Assembly (NCBI GenBank): GCA_005878515.1
Contig: VBLZ01000100.1
Span: forward strand, 1-34,537
Origin: Methanobacteriota archaeon
Lineage (GTDB): Archaea > Thermoplasmatota > Thermoplasmata > RBG-16-68-12
DNA length: 34,537 nt
Reading direction: 5' to 3'
The translations under genes were made by a program, and so were the position numbers. Position 1 is the first letter of the stretch. The number at the start of each line of letters is the position of its first letter. This document shows positions 1 to 9,966 of the stretch, in pieces. A model generated the notes under the pieces. It worked only from the letters and a program-made list of their open reading frames with translations, did no database searches and was not told the origin of the DNA.

Positions 1-89
1 ATTCCACTCCGAATCTTACGCACACGATTTCATCCTGGCGGGAGCCCGATAAACGTGCCGACCTGAGAATCAGGCACGAAATCGAATGC

Positions 90-428
90 TCACGCGAGTT
101 CGGGTTGGAGCCGGCGGACGAACTCGTCGACCATCTTCTGGTCGATCCCGTAGCCGAGGATTCCGTCCAGTCGGTCGACGACCTTCCCGCCGCGGAACAG
201 CGCGAGGGTGGGGACGACGTCGACCGCGTAGTCCTCCCAGAGTGGATTGTCCTCGTCGTCCAGGTACACGGCCGCGAAGCGCCAAGGTCGCGCGGCGGCG
301 AGCTTCTCGAACTCCTGTTTGAACCGCCGACAGAACGGGCACCACGTTGCCCAAAACATGACCACGGTCGGTTCGGCGGCTTGCACGACCGACTCTTGGA
401 ATGCGTCGGGATTCCGGACCTGCAACAT
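90..428 (-). CDS. trxA: Thioredoxin family protein
   Basis: VVMFWATWCPFC redox motif, cis-Pro loop VDVVPTL and FRGGKVVDRLDG; start set at ATG 428 (ORF track extends to GTG 443). Confidence 0.9.
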   Translation of the reverse strand: MLQVRNPDAFQESVVQAAEPTVVMFWATWCPFCRRFKQEFEKLAAARPWRFAAVYLDDEDNPLWEDYAVDVVPTLALFRGGKVVDRLDGILGYGIDQKMVDEFVRRLQPELA

Positions 429-564
429 CGCCGTTGCGTTCACGACATTCGAGAGCGATAAAGCTTCACACGTGAAGATTCGCGCGTCCGCGCGTCACGC
501 GGCCCAAAGACATATACGAGATACCCCGGATACGACCCGCCGCTCGCGCGCTCGAAGGGATGGA

Positions 565-3500
565 ATGGGTTCACCGATCGTGTCCGAGGAGGTCCGCGGC
601 TACTTCGCGGGCTTGCTGAAGCAGGTCGAGGCGACGTACGCGGTCGCCCGGGCCGCGCGGACGCGGGGTTTCGATCCGGAACTGGACGTGGAGATCCCGC
701 TGACGGACGACCTCGCTTCCCGCGTCGAACGGCTCCTCGAGCACTACGAGGTCGAAGGCGTCGCGCGTCGGATCCGGGAGCTGGCGAAGACCCACGACCG
801 GGAAGAGCTGGCGATCCTCGTCGCGAAGGAAATGGCCGTGCGGCCCGCGACGAGCAAGGAGAAGGCGGTCGACCGCGCCGTCCGAGTCGGACTCGCGATC
901 CTGACGGAAGGGATCCTCGTCGCGCCGCTCGAAGGCCTCGCCGGCGTCAAGATCAAGCGCAACCGGGACGGCACCTCGTACGTCGACCTGTCGTACGCCG
1001 GTCCGATCCGCTCGGCGGGCGGGACCGGCCAGGCGCTGAGCGTCCTGATCGCCGACATCGTGCGGCGGGAACTCGGCCTGGGACGGTATATGCCGACGCG
1101 AGAGGAGGTCGAGCGTTTCAAGGAGGAAATCCCGCTGTACCGCCAGGCGCAACATCTCCAGTACACGCCGTCCGACGAGGAGATCTCGCTCATCGTCTCC
1201 AACTGTCCCGTCGCGATCGACGGAGAAGGCACCGAGGACGCGGAGATCAGCGGGCATCGCGACCTCCCGCGGATCGAGACGAACCGCATCCGCGGAGGCG
1301 CGTGCCTCGTCATCGCGGACGGGATGTGCCTGAAGGCGCCGAAGATCCAGAAGCACGTGAAGAAACTCCGGATCGACGGATGGGAGTTCATCGACGAATA
1401 CCTCGCGCGGAAGGAGTCGCGGCCCGAGGACACGAAAGACGAATTGGGCGTCGAGCCGAGCGAGGCGTTCATCCAGAACATCGTCGCGGGCCGTCCGGTC
1501 CTCTGCCATCCGAGTCGGCCCGGCGGCCTGCGGCTCCGATACGGTCGGACGCGCGCCACGGGTCTTGCCGCCCTCGCCCTCCATCCCGCGACGATGCACA
1601 TCCTCGACGACTTCATCGCGGTCGGAACGCAGATCAAGACGGAACGCCCGGGAAAGGCCGGCGCCGTCACGCCATGCGACCGGATCGAGGGACCGCTCGT
1701 CGTCCTCGACTCCGGAGATTTCGTCGAGGTCACGGACGCGGAAGCCGCGAAACGTCTCACGCCGCGCGTCCGGGTCATCGCGGATCTGGGGGAGATCCTC
1801 GTGCCCTTCGGAGAGTTCCTGGAGAACAACCACGTCTTGATGCCCGGCGCATTCTCCCTCGAGTGGTACGGTGCGCTCTTGCGCGAGAAGCTCGGCCGCC
1901 TTCCGGACGGATGGGAGGACGTCGACGGACCCCAGGCGCTCGCCTGGTCTCGGGACCTCAGCATCCCGCTCCACCCACGACACAACTTATTCTTCCACGA
2001 TCTGACCGTCGAGGAATTGACACGCCTCCGCGAACTCATCGCGGCCCACGGGCGAATCGACGACGGCCGCCTGATCGTGCCCGGCGACGAGGAACCGCGG
2101 GAGTGGCTCGTCCGGCTCGGCGCGACGTACCGGGTCCGAGGAGACGAGGTCGTCGTGGAGCGTCATACCGCCGCACTGCTCGCGACGCTCGGGATCGAGA
2201 TGGGACCGGTGCTGCGTCTCGCCCCGGCTCCAGCGAGCGACGATCCGCTCGCCTTCGTGTCAGCGCTCGCGGGTCTCCCCGTGAAAGCCCGCGGGCCCAC
2301 TCGAATCGGCGCGCGGATGGCCCGCCCGGAGAAGTCGGCCCCTCGAAAAATGCAACCGGCACCCCACTCGCTCTTCCCGATTGGCCACGAGGGAGGGGCC
2401 CAGCGACTCCTGCTCGAGGCGGCCTCGAAGGAGACGATCGAGGTCGAGGTGGGCCTCCGAATCTGCGCGTCGTGCGGCAAGCGGTGGTTCCTCCCGAAGT
2501 GTTCGTGCGGCGGACACACGGTTTCCCGGAACGGGCCGACGCGGCAGCGCATCCCCTTGGCCGACGTCCTGCGGACGGCGCTCGAACGGATGGGCGAGAC
2601 GAAACCGGCGGAGATCAAGGCCGTCCAGGGGATGATCTCGCGGACGAAGACGCCGGAGCCGATCGAGAAAGGTGTCCTCCGGGCGAAGCACGACGTCTAC
2701 GTGTTCAAGGACGGCACGACACGGTTCGACATGACGAACCTGCCGCTCACGCATTTCACGCCGCACGAAGTGGGCATCTCGGTCGAGACCGCCCGACAGC
2801 TCGGGTACACGCGGGATCGCAGCGGCCGTCCCCTGGAGCGTGACGATCAGACCGTCGAGCTGCGGGCGCAAGACATCGTCGTCGCGCGCTCGTGCGGGGA
2901 ATACCTGGTCCGCGTGGCGGGGTTCGTCGACGACCTGCTCGAGCGGCTCTACGGCCTCGGCCGATTCTACGGCGCGAAGTCGCCCGAGGACTTGCTCGGC
3001 CACCTCGTCGTCACGCTCGCCCCGCACACGAGCGGCGGCGTCTTGGCGCGCATTGTCGGATTCACGAACGCAAACGCGTGTTTCGCGCATCCCTACCTCA
3101 TCGCGGCGAGACGGCGGAACTGTGACGGCGACGAAGATTCCGTGATCCTGCTCCTGGACTGCCTGGTCAACTTCTCCCGCGCGTTCCTGCCCGACAAACG
3201 CGGCGGGCTGATGGACGCGCCGCTGGTCTTGACGTCCCGCATCGATCCGAACGAGATCGACAAGGAGGCCCACAACCTCGACGTCATGTCGGCGTATCCG
3301 ACGTCGCTGTACGAGGCCGCAGAACGCTTCGCGCATCCGAAAGAGATCGAGCCGCAGATCGACACAGTGAGCAAACGGATCGGGAGCGTCTTGCAGTACG
3401 AAGGGTTCGCGTTCACGCACGAGACGACCGACGTCGCGCAAGGCCCGCTCGCGTCCGCGTACGGCGAAGGCTCGATGGCGGAGAAGATCGACAAGCAGCT

Positions 3501-3870
3501 CGAGCTCGCTCTCCGAATCCGTGCGGTCGACCCGAACGACGTCGTCGCGCGGATCGTCGTCCACCACTTCCTGCCGGACCTGATCGGAAACCTGAAGGCC
3601 TTCTCGAGCCAGCAGGTCCGTTGCACGAAATGCGGGGAGAAGTACCGCCGGATCCCGCTCCGGGGGAAATGTCTCGCGTGCGGGGGGAACCTCACCCTGA
3701 CGGTCCACGAGAGCTCGGTGAAGAAGTACCTCGAAATCTCAAAGCGGATCAGCCAGCAGTTCGAGGTCTCGAACTATCTACGCCAGCGAATCGACTTGAT
3801 CGAGGATGCGATCACGTCGTTATTCACGAACGACAAGACGCAAGATCTGAAGCTCGACGATTTCTTCTAG
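565..3870 (+). CDS. polC: DNA polymerase II (PolD) large subunit DP2
   Basis: Motifs YAGPIRSAGGT, GGLRLRYGRTR and catalytic RRNCDGDED, C-terminal CxxC...CxxC zinc finger, PIP-like end KLDDFF. Start at ATG 565 (MGSPIVSEEV). No intein-sized insertion seen. Confidence 0.97.
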   Translation: MGSPIVSEEVRGYFAGLLKQVEATYAVARAARTRGFDPELDVEIPLTDDLASRVERLLEHYEVEGVARRIRELAKTHDREELAILVAKEMAVRPATSKEKAVDRAVRVGLAILTEGILVAPLEGLAGVKIKRNRDGTSYVDLSYAGPIRSAGGTGQALSVLIADIVRRELGLGRYMPTREEVERFKEEIPLYRQAQHLQYTPSDEEISLIVSNCPVAIDGEGTEDAEISGHRDLPRIETNRIRGGACLVIADGMCLKAPKIQKHVKKLRIDGWEFIDEYLARKESRPEDTKDELGVEPSEAFIQNIVAGRPVLCHPSRPGGLRLRYGRTRATGLAALALHPATMHILDDFIAVGTQIKTERPGKAGAVTPCDRIEGPLVVLDSGDFVEVTDAEAAKRLTPRVRVIADLGEILVPFGEFLENNHVLMPGAFSLEWYGALLREKLGRLPDGWEDVDGPQALAWSRDLSIPLHPRHNLFFHDLTVEELTRLRELIAAHGRIDDGRLIVPGDEEPREWLVRLGATYRVRGDEVVVERHTAALLATLGIEMGPVLRLAPAPASDDPLAFVSALAGLPVKARGPTRIGARMARPEKSAPRKMQPAPHSLFPIGHEGGAQRLLLEAASKETIEVEVGLRICASCGKRWFLPKCSCGGHTVSRNGPTRQRIPLADVLRTALERMGETKPAEIKAVQGMISRTKTPEPIEKGVLRAKHDVYVFKDGTTRFDMTNLPLTHFTPHEVGISVETARQLGYTRDRSGRPLERDDQTVELRAQDIVVARSCGEYLVRVAGFVDDLLERLYGLGRFYGAKSPEDLLGHLVVTLAPHTSGGVLARIVGFTNANACFAHPYLIAARRRNCDGDEDSVILLLDCLVNFSRAFLPDKRGGLMDAPLVLTSRIDPNEIDKEAHNLDVMSAYPTSLYEAAERFAHPKEIEPQIDTVSKRIGSVLQYEGFAFTHETTDVAQGPLASAYGEGSMAEKIDKQLELALRIRAVDPNDVVARIVVHHFLPDLIGNLKAFSSQQVRCTKCGEKYRRIPLRGKCLACGGNLTLTVHESSVKKYLEISKRISQQFEVSNYLRQRIDLIEDAITSLFTNDKTQDLKLDDFF

Positions 3871-4193
3871 GCGGCCAAGACCTTCGCCTGCTCGGATCGG
3901 ATTTTCAGGGCGGCGGTAGCGACGAGGAAGGCGCCGACCCCGAACGCGCCGAGGACGAGTAGCGGGAAGTTCGCGATTGTCACGTTAGCGAGGTCCGTCG
4001 GCACCAGGCCCGACCTCAGACCGATCTGGTCTGGACCATACACGAATGCGCCCAGGAGGGCCAAGCCAAGGACCATGAACACGATGCCGGCCTTTGCGGC
4101 GGCAGGAGTGCGGAGCGTGTACTTGCAGGTCGGGCACACCCATACCGCGTCTTCCGGGAGTTCGGCGTAACACTCGGGGCAGCGGCGCGCCAT
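3867..4193 (-). CDS. Small zinc-ribbon membrane protein (108 aa)
   Basis: MARRCPECYAELPEDAVWVCPTCKY zinc ribbon followed by two hydrophobic helices; 3' part of ORF 3867..5024; stop overlaps the polC stop (CTAG). Confidence 0.8.
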   Translation of the reverse strand: MARRCPECYAELPEDAVWVCPTCKYTLRTPAAAKAGIVFMVLGLALLGAFVYGPDQIGLRSGLVPTDLANVTIANFPLLVLGAFGVGAFLVATAALKIRSEQAKVLAA

Positions 4194-4298
4194 CGCGCGG
4201 GACAGAAAGGCCGCGGAGAAATAGTTTGCGTCGATGTTTTCTGGACGCGCGACGGACCGCGGATAACCCTTTAGTAGCGGGGGCCGGTTCGCGAGCGA

Positions 4299-5996
4299 AT
4301 GAGGAAGTCGACCGCCATCGCGCTGGCCGCGGTCACGCTCATCGCGATCGCGGTGCGGCTCTCGCCTCTCTTGTCCTTCCTCTACTGGGGCTCCGATACC
4401 GGCGAGTACCTCTCGATCCTGCGAGCGCTCGTCCGCGGAGGACGCGTCTCGACCCCGTACTACGGTTGGGGCGTGACGTATCCGTACTTCCCTGGGATGT
4501 TCTTCGCTCAAGCCGGAGTGGTCGACCTCAGCGGCCTCGACGTGCCGACGACGATCAACCTGCTCGTCCCCGTCCTCGGCGCGCTCGCGGTCCTCCCGAT
4601 GTTCCTCATCGGTCGTCGGATGACCGGCGACGATCGTTTCGCCCTCTTCGCGGCCGCGTTCCTCGCCGGCGCAATCCCGGTCGCATATACGACGGCGCAT
4701 ACGGCGCCGGCAACCGTCGGGGAGCTCCTCGCCGTCGCGGGCCTCCTTTGTTTCGTGCGTCTTCGGACGGACGGTCGAGCAATGGTGCCGCTCCTCCTCG
4801 TCACGGCGACGCTCATCGCGACGCACCACCTCTCTCTCTACTTCTTTCTCATCATGGTCCTGGGGACGATCGTTGTCGAAGGGCTCGCGCGTCCGTGGCG
4901 GTGGACGCCTGGCGCGAAGCGGGAGGTGGCGTTCGCGACCGTCCTCATGGCCGGCACGTTCGTCTACTGGCTCGGCTACGCGACGACGTTCCGGGAGTCG
5001 ATCCTTCCGGATGTGAACATCCAACCGTGGTGGGCGTTGCTCGCATTGTTCCCGGCAGGCGTCGTTCTCCTGGCGGCAATCATCTTCACCCGCTCACGTC
5101 TTGGCTGGAGGTACCAGCCGCGGTATCCGAGCCTGCGCCGGCCCTCAACCGCGTACGCGGCGGCGGCGGGGGCGATCTTGGTGATCGGCGTCGTCTCGGT
5201 CGTCGTCGGAGTGCCAGGGACCACATTTCAGGTGCCTGCGAGCGGCCTCCTCTACTTCGTCCCGCTGGTCCTCCTCTTGTCCTTCTCGTCCTCGGGCCGG
5301 CCATTTGGCGATTTCCTCGCGGACGGGCTTCAGGTGAATGGCTGGCTCGTTGCGCTCCTCGGTTCCGCGGTCGTCGGGATCGTCGCGGCCCCGCGCGTCC
5401 TGATTCCGTACCGACACACGGAGTACCTGATGATCCCCCTCGCGATCTTCGCGGGAATCGGGTTCTTCCGCCTACTGGACCTCGCAGGCCTTCGCGGCGG
5501 AAAGCGCACCCTGGCCCTCGGGGTGTGCGGTCTCCTCCTCGCCGCTAACGCGGTCGCCGGCATCCCGCCTCCATCGACCCTCGCGGGGTGGAGAGAGGGC
5601 ACGATCCCCGCGGCCTTGGACCCGGCGTATTGGGCGAGGGACTACGCGAGCGGGCTCGTCGTGTCGGATCACCAGGGGTCGACCACGGTCTTCGGATTCG
5701 GCGGATTGAACGCCACATGGGACCGGACCCGAGCTCCGTTTCTGCCCGACTCCCTCGCGGATCCGTTCGCAGGACTCGTCGGGATCGACTCGCCGTCGGG
5801 CCGGAAGAACGGCACGTACATCTGGATCGACCGCGACATGGAGGCCGGCGTCCGTCTCACGCCGTGGGAAACCGCCGCACCCATGAACACGACGGTCATC
5901 GAGAGATTCGACGCGTCCCCGTTCGTCAAGGTCTTCGACAACGGATACGCTCGACTCTACTGGATCGCCTGGGGCTGCACGCCGTCGACGTGTTGA
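4299..5996 (+). CDS. Polytopic membrane protein, probable GT-C fold glycosyltransferase
   Basis: Many TM helices, acidic motif GSDTGEY right after TM1, YPYFPG loop, soluble C-terminal domain; lies in a glycosylation cluster; TATA-like CTTTAGTA ~22 nt upstream. Confidence 0.6.
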   Translation: MRKSTAIALAAVTLIAIAVRLSPLLSFLYWGSDTGEYLSILRALVRGGRVSTPYYGWGVTYPYFPGMFFAQAGVVDLSGLDVPTTINLLVPVLGALAVLPMFLIGRRMTGDDRFALFAAAFLAGAIPVAYTTAHTAPATVGELLAVAGLLCFVRLRTDGRAMVPLLLVTATLIATHHLSLYFFLIMVLGTIVVEGLARPWRWTPGAKREVAFATVLMAGTFVYWLGYATTFRESILPDVNIQPWWALLALFPAGVVLLAAIIFTRSRLGWRYQPRYPSLRRPSTAYAAAAGAILVIGVVSVVVGVPGTTFQVPASGLLYFVPLVLLLSFSSSGRPFGDFLADGLQVNGWLVALLGSAVVGIVAAPRVLIPYRHTEYLMIPLAIFAGIGFFRLLDLAGLRGGKRTLALGVCGLLLAANAVAGIPPPSTLAGWREGTIPAALDPAYWARDYASGLVVSDHQGSTTVFGFGGLNATWDRTRAPFLPDSLADPFAGLVGIDSPSGRKNGTYIWIDRDMEAGVRLTPWETAAPMNTTVIERFDASPFVKVFDNGYARLYWIAWGCTPSTC

Positions 5997-6037
5997 GCCG
6001 AACGCTTTTATCCGGGTTCACCGCATCCGCGGCGGCG

Positions 6038-7123
6038 ATGCGCGTCGCCGTCCTCCACGACCACCTTCGCTTCATCGGCGGTGGAGAGCGCGTCGCACTC
6101 ACTCTCGCCGCGGCATTCGACGCCGACCTGTACGTGACCGACCTGGATCCGACATTGCCTGAGCGCGCCGGCATGCCGAAGGTCCGGGTGACGGAAATCG
6201 CGCGGGTCCCGCAGACGCCTCCGATGCGTCAAGACCGCCAAGCGCGCGCATTTCGTGAGTACCCGATCCCCGATCACGACGTCTACCTCCTCTCGGGGAA
6301 CTGGGCGGTGTTCGCCGCCCCGAGGCTGCGCCCAAACACATGGTATTGCCACACTCCCGTACGGGTGTTCTACGATCTCCACGACTCGTTCCTTTCCTCG
6401 CTCCATCGCGTTCGGCGCTGGGCCGCGCAGCGGTGGATCGAACGGAGACGTCCCGAGTACGAGGCCGCCGCGGCGGCCGTCCAGACAATCGTCGCGAACA
6501 GCCGCAACGTCGAAGCGAGAATCGAGCGCTTCCTTCACCGGAAGGCCTCGGTGGTTCACCCTCCCGTGGATACGTCGCGGTACCGATTCGATCGCGTTGG
6601 CGACACGTGGCTTGCGGTGGGCCGCTTGTCCCACGAGAAGCGGGTGGGTCTCCTCGTCGAAACGTTCCGGCGGCTCCCTCGAGAGCGTCTCATCGTGGTG
6701 GGCGGAGCCCAGATGGGCATCGATGCGGACCGGTTCATCCGCAGACTCGCGCCCCCGCCCAACGTCGAGTTCCTCGGGGAGATTGCGGAGCCGCAGCTCC
6801 TGGACCTCTACGCGACCTGCCGCGGGCTCGTGGCCGTCTCCGTCGACGAGGACTTCGGGCTGACGCCGGTCGAGGCGATGTCCTCCGGGAAGGCAGTCAT
6901 CGCGGTGAACGACGGAGGTTACAAGGAGACGGTTATCGACGGCACGACCGGATGGCTGGTCCCACCGGACTCGGCATCCCTCGCCCTGGCCATTCGGGAC
7001 ACAGATCCGGCACGACTCGCCGCGATGAGAGAGGCGTGCGGGGCGAGGGCGCGATCGTTCGATCGATCCGTGTTCGTCGCTCGGATGCAGGAGCTCGTCG
7101 AGAGAGTTCTCGTTCTCCGCTGA
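6038..7123 (+). CDS. Glycosyltransferase family 4 (GT-B)
   Basis: MRVAVLHDHLRFIGGGERV start, YCHTP, GRLSHEKR and EDFGLTPVEAM (EX7E) motif. Confidence 0.93.
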   Translation: MRVAVLHDHLRFIGGGERVALTLAAAFDADLYVTDLDPTLPERAGMPKVRVTEIARVPQTPPMRQDRQARAFREYPIPDHDVYLLSGNWAVFAAPRLRPNTWYCHTPVRVFYDLHDSFLSSLHRVRRWAAQRWIERRRPEYEAAAAAVQTIVANSRNVEARIERFLHRKASVVHPPVDTSRYRFDRVGDTWLAVGRLSHEKRVGLLVETFRRLPRERLIVVGGAQMGIDADRFIRRLAPPPNVEFLGEIAEPQLLDLYATCRGLVAVSVDEDFGLTPVEAMSSGKAVIAVNDGGYKETVIDGTTGWLVPPDSASLALAIRDTDPARLAAMREACGARARSFDRSVFVARMQELVERVLVLR

Positions 7124-7125
7124 AT

Positions 7126-7638
7126 TCACTTCTCGCTCACGAGTGTGAAGACGAGCTTCTCAACCGTGTTGTCGAGGTACCGTTCGATCCATGGGAGAAT
7201 CCGAGGGAACGGGCGCCGAATGTAGCGATCCACGTGGTATTCATAGACCTTCTGAACGTTCGCCACGCGGAAGCGGGCGTGGGTGTAGTATGACCGCTCG
7301 TCCGCCCCGAAATAGTCGAACGATCCCTCCGTGAAGAACCGGACGTGGGTCGGATCCTTGTATGCGTTCGAGTGTTTGTAATGCGGGACCTCGATTGTGA
7401 CCGTCGCCCGGTCCCGAGTGATGCGGTGAAGCTCCTCCATCACCCGGATCGTGTCCGGGAGATGTTCGAGCAGATGAATCGCGACGACCTCCTCGATCGC
7501 GTTGTCCTTGAAGGGCCAGGGGAACCGGGAGAAATCGACGATCAACTCGACACCCGGAAGGCGGATCCGGTCGACGTTCACGTACCCCGCTCGGATGTCA
7601 CGCCCACATCCCAGATTCAACCTCCGGGGAACCGGCAC
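7126..7638 (-). CDS. Class I SAM-dependent methyltransferase (glycan-cluster type)
   Basis: LNLGCG motif I, HLLEHL and DPTHVRFF motifs typical of Methyltransf_11-like proteins in polysaccharide loci. Confidence 0.85.
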   Translation of the reverse strand: MPVPRRLNLGCGRDIRAGYVNVDRIRLPGVELIVDFSRFPWPFKDNAIEEVVAIHLLEHLPDTIRVMEELHRITRDRATVTIEVPHYKHSNAYKDPTHVRFFTEGSFDYFGADERSYYTHARFRVANVQKVYEYHVDRYIRRPFPRILPWIERYLDNTVEKLVFTLVSEK

Positions 7639-7672
7639 GCGAACACCGTCCCGGCGTCAGGCGGCGAGGCGA

Positions 7673-7681
7673 TATATAAAA
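7673..7681. promoter_or_regulatory. Bidirectional TATA box between the methyltransferase and the second GT4
   Basis: TATATAAAA in a GC-rich divergent intergenic region, about 35 nt from one start and 50 nt from the other. Confidence 0.6.
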
Positions 7682-7729
7682 GCGGTGCGGCGTTGCAGGA
7701 GATGGCGACTTGGCACCCCGGGTACCGCG

Positions 7730-8800
7730 ATGCGTCTCGCGATCTTCCACGACTACATGGAGACGATCGGCGGCGCGGAGCGCCTCGTCCTGACCCTTGC
7801 GCGCCATTTCGATGCGGACCTCATCACGACGTCGTACGACCCCGAGTTGCCCGCTCGGGCAGGGTTCGGGGACGTCAACGTCATCTCGCTCGGCACTCTC
7901 CACCCGGGTCCGCCGTTCAAGCAGATTGACGCGAGCTGGAAGTTCTCGCGGGCGCGGTTCCCGGGCTACGCGAAATACATACTCTCGGGGAACTGGGCTC
8001 ATTACTCCGCGCGTCGCCACCATCCGAACCTCTACTATTGCCACACGCCGACCCGGATGTTCTACGACCAGCGCGATGCGGTGCAGGCACGTCTCCCACT
8101 CGGCCGCCGGCTCTTTGCGAGCACATGGACCACCGTCCACGGAACATGGGACCGTCGTGCGGTGCGATCTTGCGACCGCATCGTCGTGAACAGCGAGAAC
8201 GTCAAGGCACGCGTTCGACGATATTACCATCGCGAGGCAGACGTCATCCATCCTCCCGTCGAGTCGTCGCGCTTTCGATTCGATGGACTCGGTGACGCAT
8301 GGCTGTCCGTGAATCGGCTCTATCCGGAGAAGCGGATCGAGCTCCAGCTCGAGATCTTTCGACGTCTTCCGAGAGAGAGACTGACGATCGTTGGCGGATT
8401 CTCGAAGGGGGACCGCGCGGAACGATACGTAGCGTCGCTGAATCCCACAGAGAACGTGACGATGGCCGGCGAGATGCCAGAGGCGACCCTGCGGGACCTG
8501 TATGCACGCTGTCGGGGCGTCATTAGTACGGCCGTGGACGAGGACTTCGGCATGACCCCCGTCGAAGCGATGGCCTCGGGGAAGTGCGTTCTCGCGACGG
8601 ATGAAGGCGGTCATCGCGAAACGATCGTCGACGGAAAGACCGGTTTCTTACTCCCGCCGACCGCGGACGCATTCGCATCGCGCATCGCGTCCCTGGACGA
8701 TGCGGGCTTGCAGTCCATGCGGGATGCATGCATCGACCGCGCCCGACAGTTCGACGTTGCCATTTTCCTGGCAAAGATGGAAACCGCACTCGGGACGTAG
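7730..8800 (+). CDS. Glycosyltransferase family 4 (GT-B), paralog of 6038..7123
   Basis: MRLAIFHDYMETIGGAERL, YCHTP, NRLYPEKR, EDFGMTPVEAM. Confidence 0.93.
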   Translation: MRLAIFHDYMETIGGAERLVLTLARHFDADLITTSYDPELPARAGFGDVNVISLGTLHPGPPFKQIDASWKFSRARFPGYAKYILSGNWAHYSARRHHPNLYYCHTPTRMFYDQRDAVQARLPLGRRLFASTWTTVHGTWDRRAVRSCDRIVVNSENVKARVRRYYHREADVIHPPVESSRFRFDGLGDAWLSVNRLYPEKRIELQLEIFRRLPRERLTIVGGFSKGDRAERYVASLNPTENVTMAGEMPEATLRDLYARCRGVISTAVDEDFGMTPVEAMASGKCVLATDEGGHRETIVDGKTGFLLPPTADAFASRIASLDDAGLQSMRDACIDRARQFDVAIFLAKMETALGT

Positions 8801-8981
8801 GGCCACGATCTCCGCGCCGAGGGCATCTGAAGAGGACGACATGGCTGGGGCCTCGCGGTTCGTTGAGACTCTCGTTTTGGAGAACATGAAAGGCCTCGTC
8901 AATGCGCTCAGGTAGGTCTCGCAGAACTCTCTCGCGTGTTGCGCCGATACGATAAAGAGCGGAAGACGGGTTCGCCGCGCG

Positions 8982-9962
8982 ATGGCAAAGTCCGCTCTTG
9001 TCACCGGCGCCACGGGCCAAGACGGCTCGTTCCTCATGGAACTCCTCCTGAAGAAAGGCTACGAAGTCCATGGGCTCGTCCGCCGCTTGAGCATCCCCAA
9101 TATCGGCAACATCCAGCACCTCGTGGACCGCGTCTCGCTCCTGGATGGCGATCTCATCGACCAATCGTCTTTGAACGCCGCGGTGAGAGAGAGTCAGCCG
9201 GACGAGGTATACAATCTCGCCGCGCAGTCGTTCGTTGCGACGTCCTTCGTCCAACCGGTCCTCACGGGCGAGATCACCGGCATCGGCGCGGTACGCGTGC
9301 TCGAGGCGGTTCGCGCCTATGCGCCGGATGCCAAGGTGTACCAAGCCTCGTCGAGCGAGATGTTCGGCAAGGTGGACCGGGAGCCGCAGGACGAGAGCAC
9401 GCCGTTCCATCCGCGAAGTCCGTACGGGGTCGCGAAGGTCTACGCGTACTGGGCCTGCGTGAACTACCGGGAAGCCCACGGCTTGTTTGTTTCCAACGGG
9501 ATCCTGTTCAACCACGAATCCGAACGACGCGGCCTCGAGTTCCTGACCCGCAAGGTGAGCAGCGGCGTGGCGAAGATCCATCACGGCCTCGCGAAGACGG
9601 TCACCCTCGGAAACCTCGACGCGAGGCGGGATTGGGGGTACGCCCCGGAATTTGTCGACCTGATGTGGCGGGTCCTCCAGCACAAAGAGCCGGACGACTT
9701 CGTCGGAGCGACGGGCGAGGCCCATTCGGTGCGCGAATTCGTGGAGGAAGCGTTCCGCGTCGCCGGCATCTCGGATTGGGAGGCGCATGTGACGATCGAC
9801 GAGAAGAACTTCCGACCTTCGGAGATCTACAACCTGCGCGGGGACGCGGGGAAGGCCAAGCGGATCCTCGGATGGCAGGCGAAGACCAAGTTCAAGCAGC
9901 TCGCGAAGATCATGGTCGAAGCGGACATCGAGAGCCTGAAAGGATCCCGCAAGCCGAAGTGA
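8982..9962 (+). CDS. gmd: GDP-mannose 4,6-dehydratase
   Basis: ALVTGATGQDGSFL, YNLAAQSFV, QASSSEMFG, PRSPYGVAK, GILFNHES, GNLDARRDWG. Confidence 0.97.
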   Translation: MAKSALVTGATGQDGSFLMELLLKKGYEVHGLVRRLSIPNIGNIQHLVDRVSLLDGDLIDQSSLNAAVRESQPDEVYNLAAQSFVATSFVQPVLTGEITGIGAVRVLEAVRAYAPDAKVYQASSSEMFGKVDREPQDESTPFHPRSPYGVAKVYAYWACVNYREAHGLFVSNGILFNHESERRGLEFLTRKVSSGVAKIHHGLAKTVTLGNLDARRDWGYAPEFVDLMWRVLQHKEPDDFVGATGEAHSVREFVEEAFRVAGISDWEAHVTIDEKNFRPSEIYNLRGDAGKAKRILGWQAKTKFKQLAKIMVEADIESLKGSRKPK

Positions 9963-9966
9963 TCCG

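Noticed and set aside
25-84. Hairpin-like region (CCTGA-GAA-TCAGG, GTGC/GCAC) containing CTGAGA and GATAA, reminiscent of a TPP riboswitch
   Set aside because: Motif order and the conserved 3' CGUAGGGA element do not match; it is truncated by the window edge, so no function can be assigned.
247-564. Long N-terminal extension of the polC ORF in the ORF track
   Set aside because: Overlaps the opposite-strand thioredoxin; DP2 similarity begins near ATG 565, downstream of a TATA-like element.
565-3870. Possible intein in DP2 (common at RRNCDGDED)
   Set aside because: The motif is contiguous and the length (1101 aa) leaves no room for an insertion.
4194-5024. Upstream part of the 385-aa minus-strand ORF 3867..5024
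   Set aside because: Arg/Glu-rich shadow of the hydrophobic plus-strand gene; only the last 108 codons look real.
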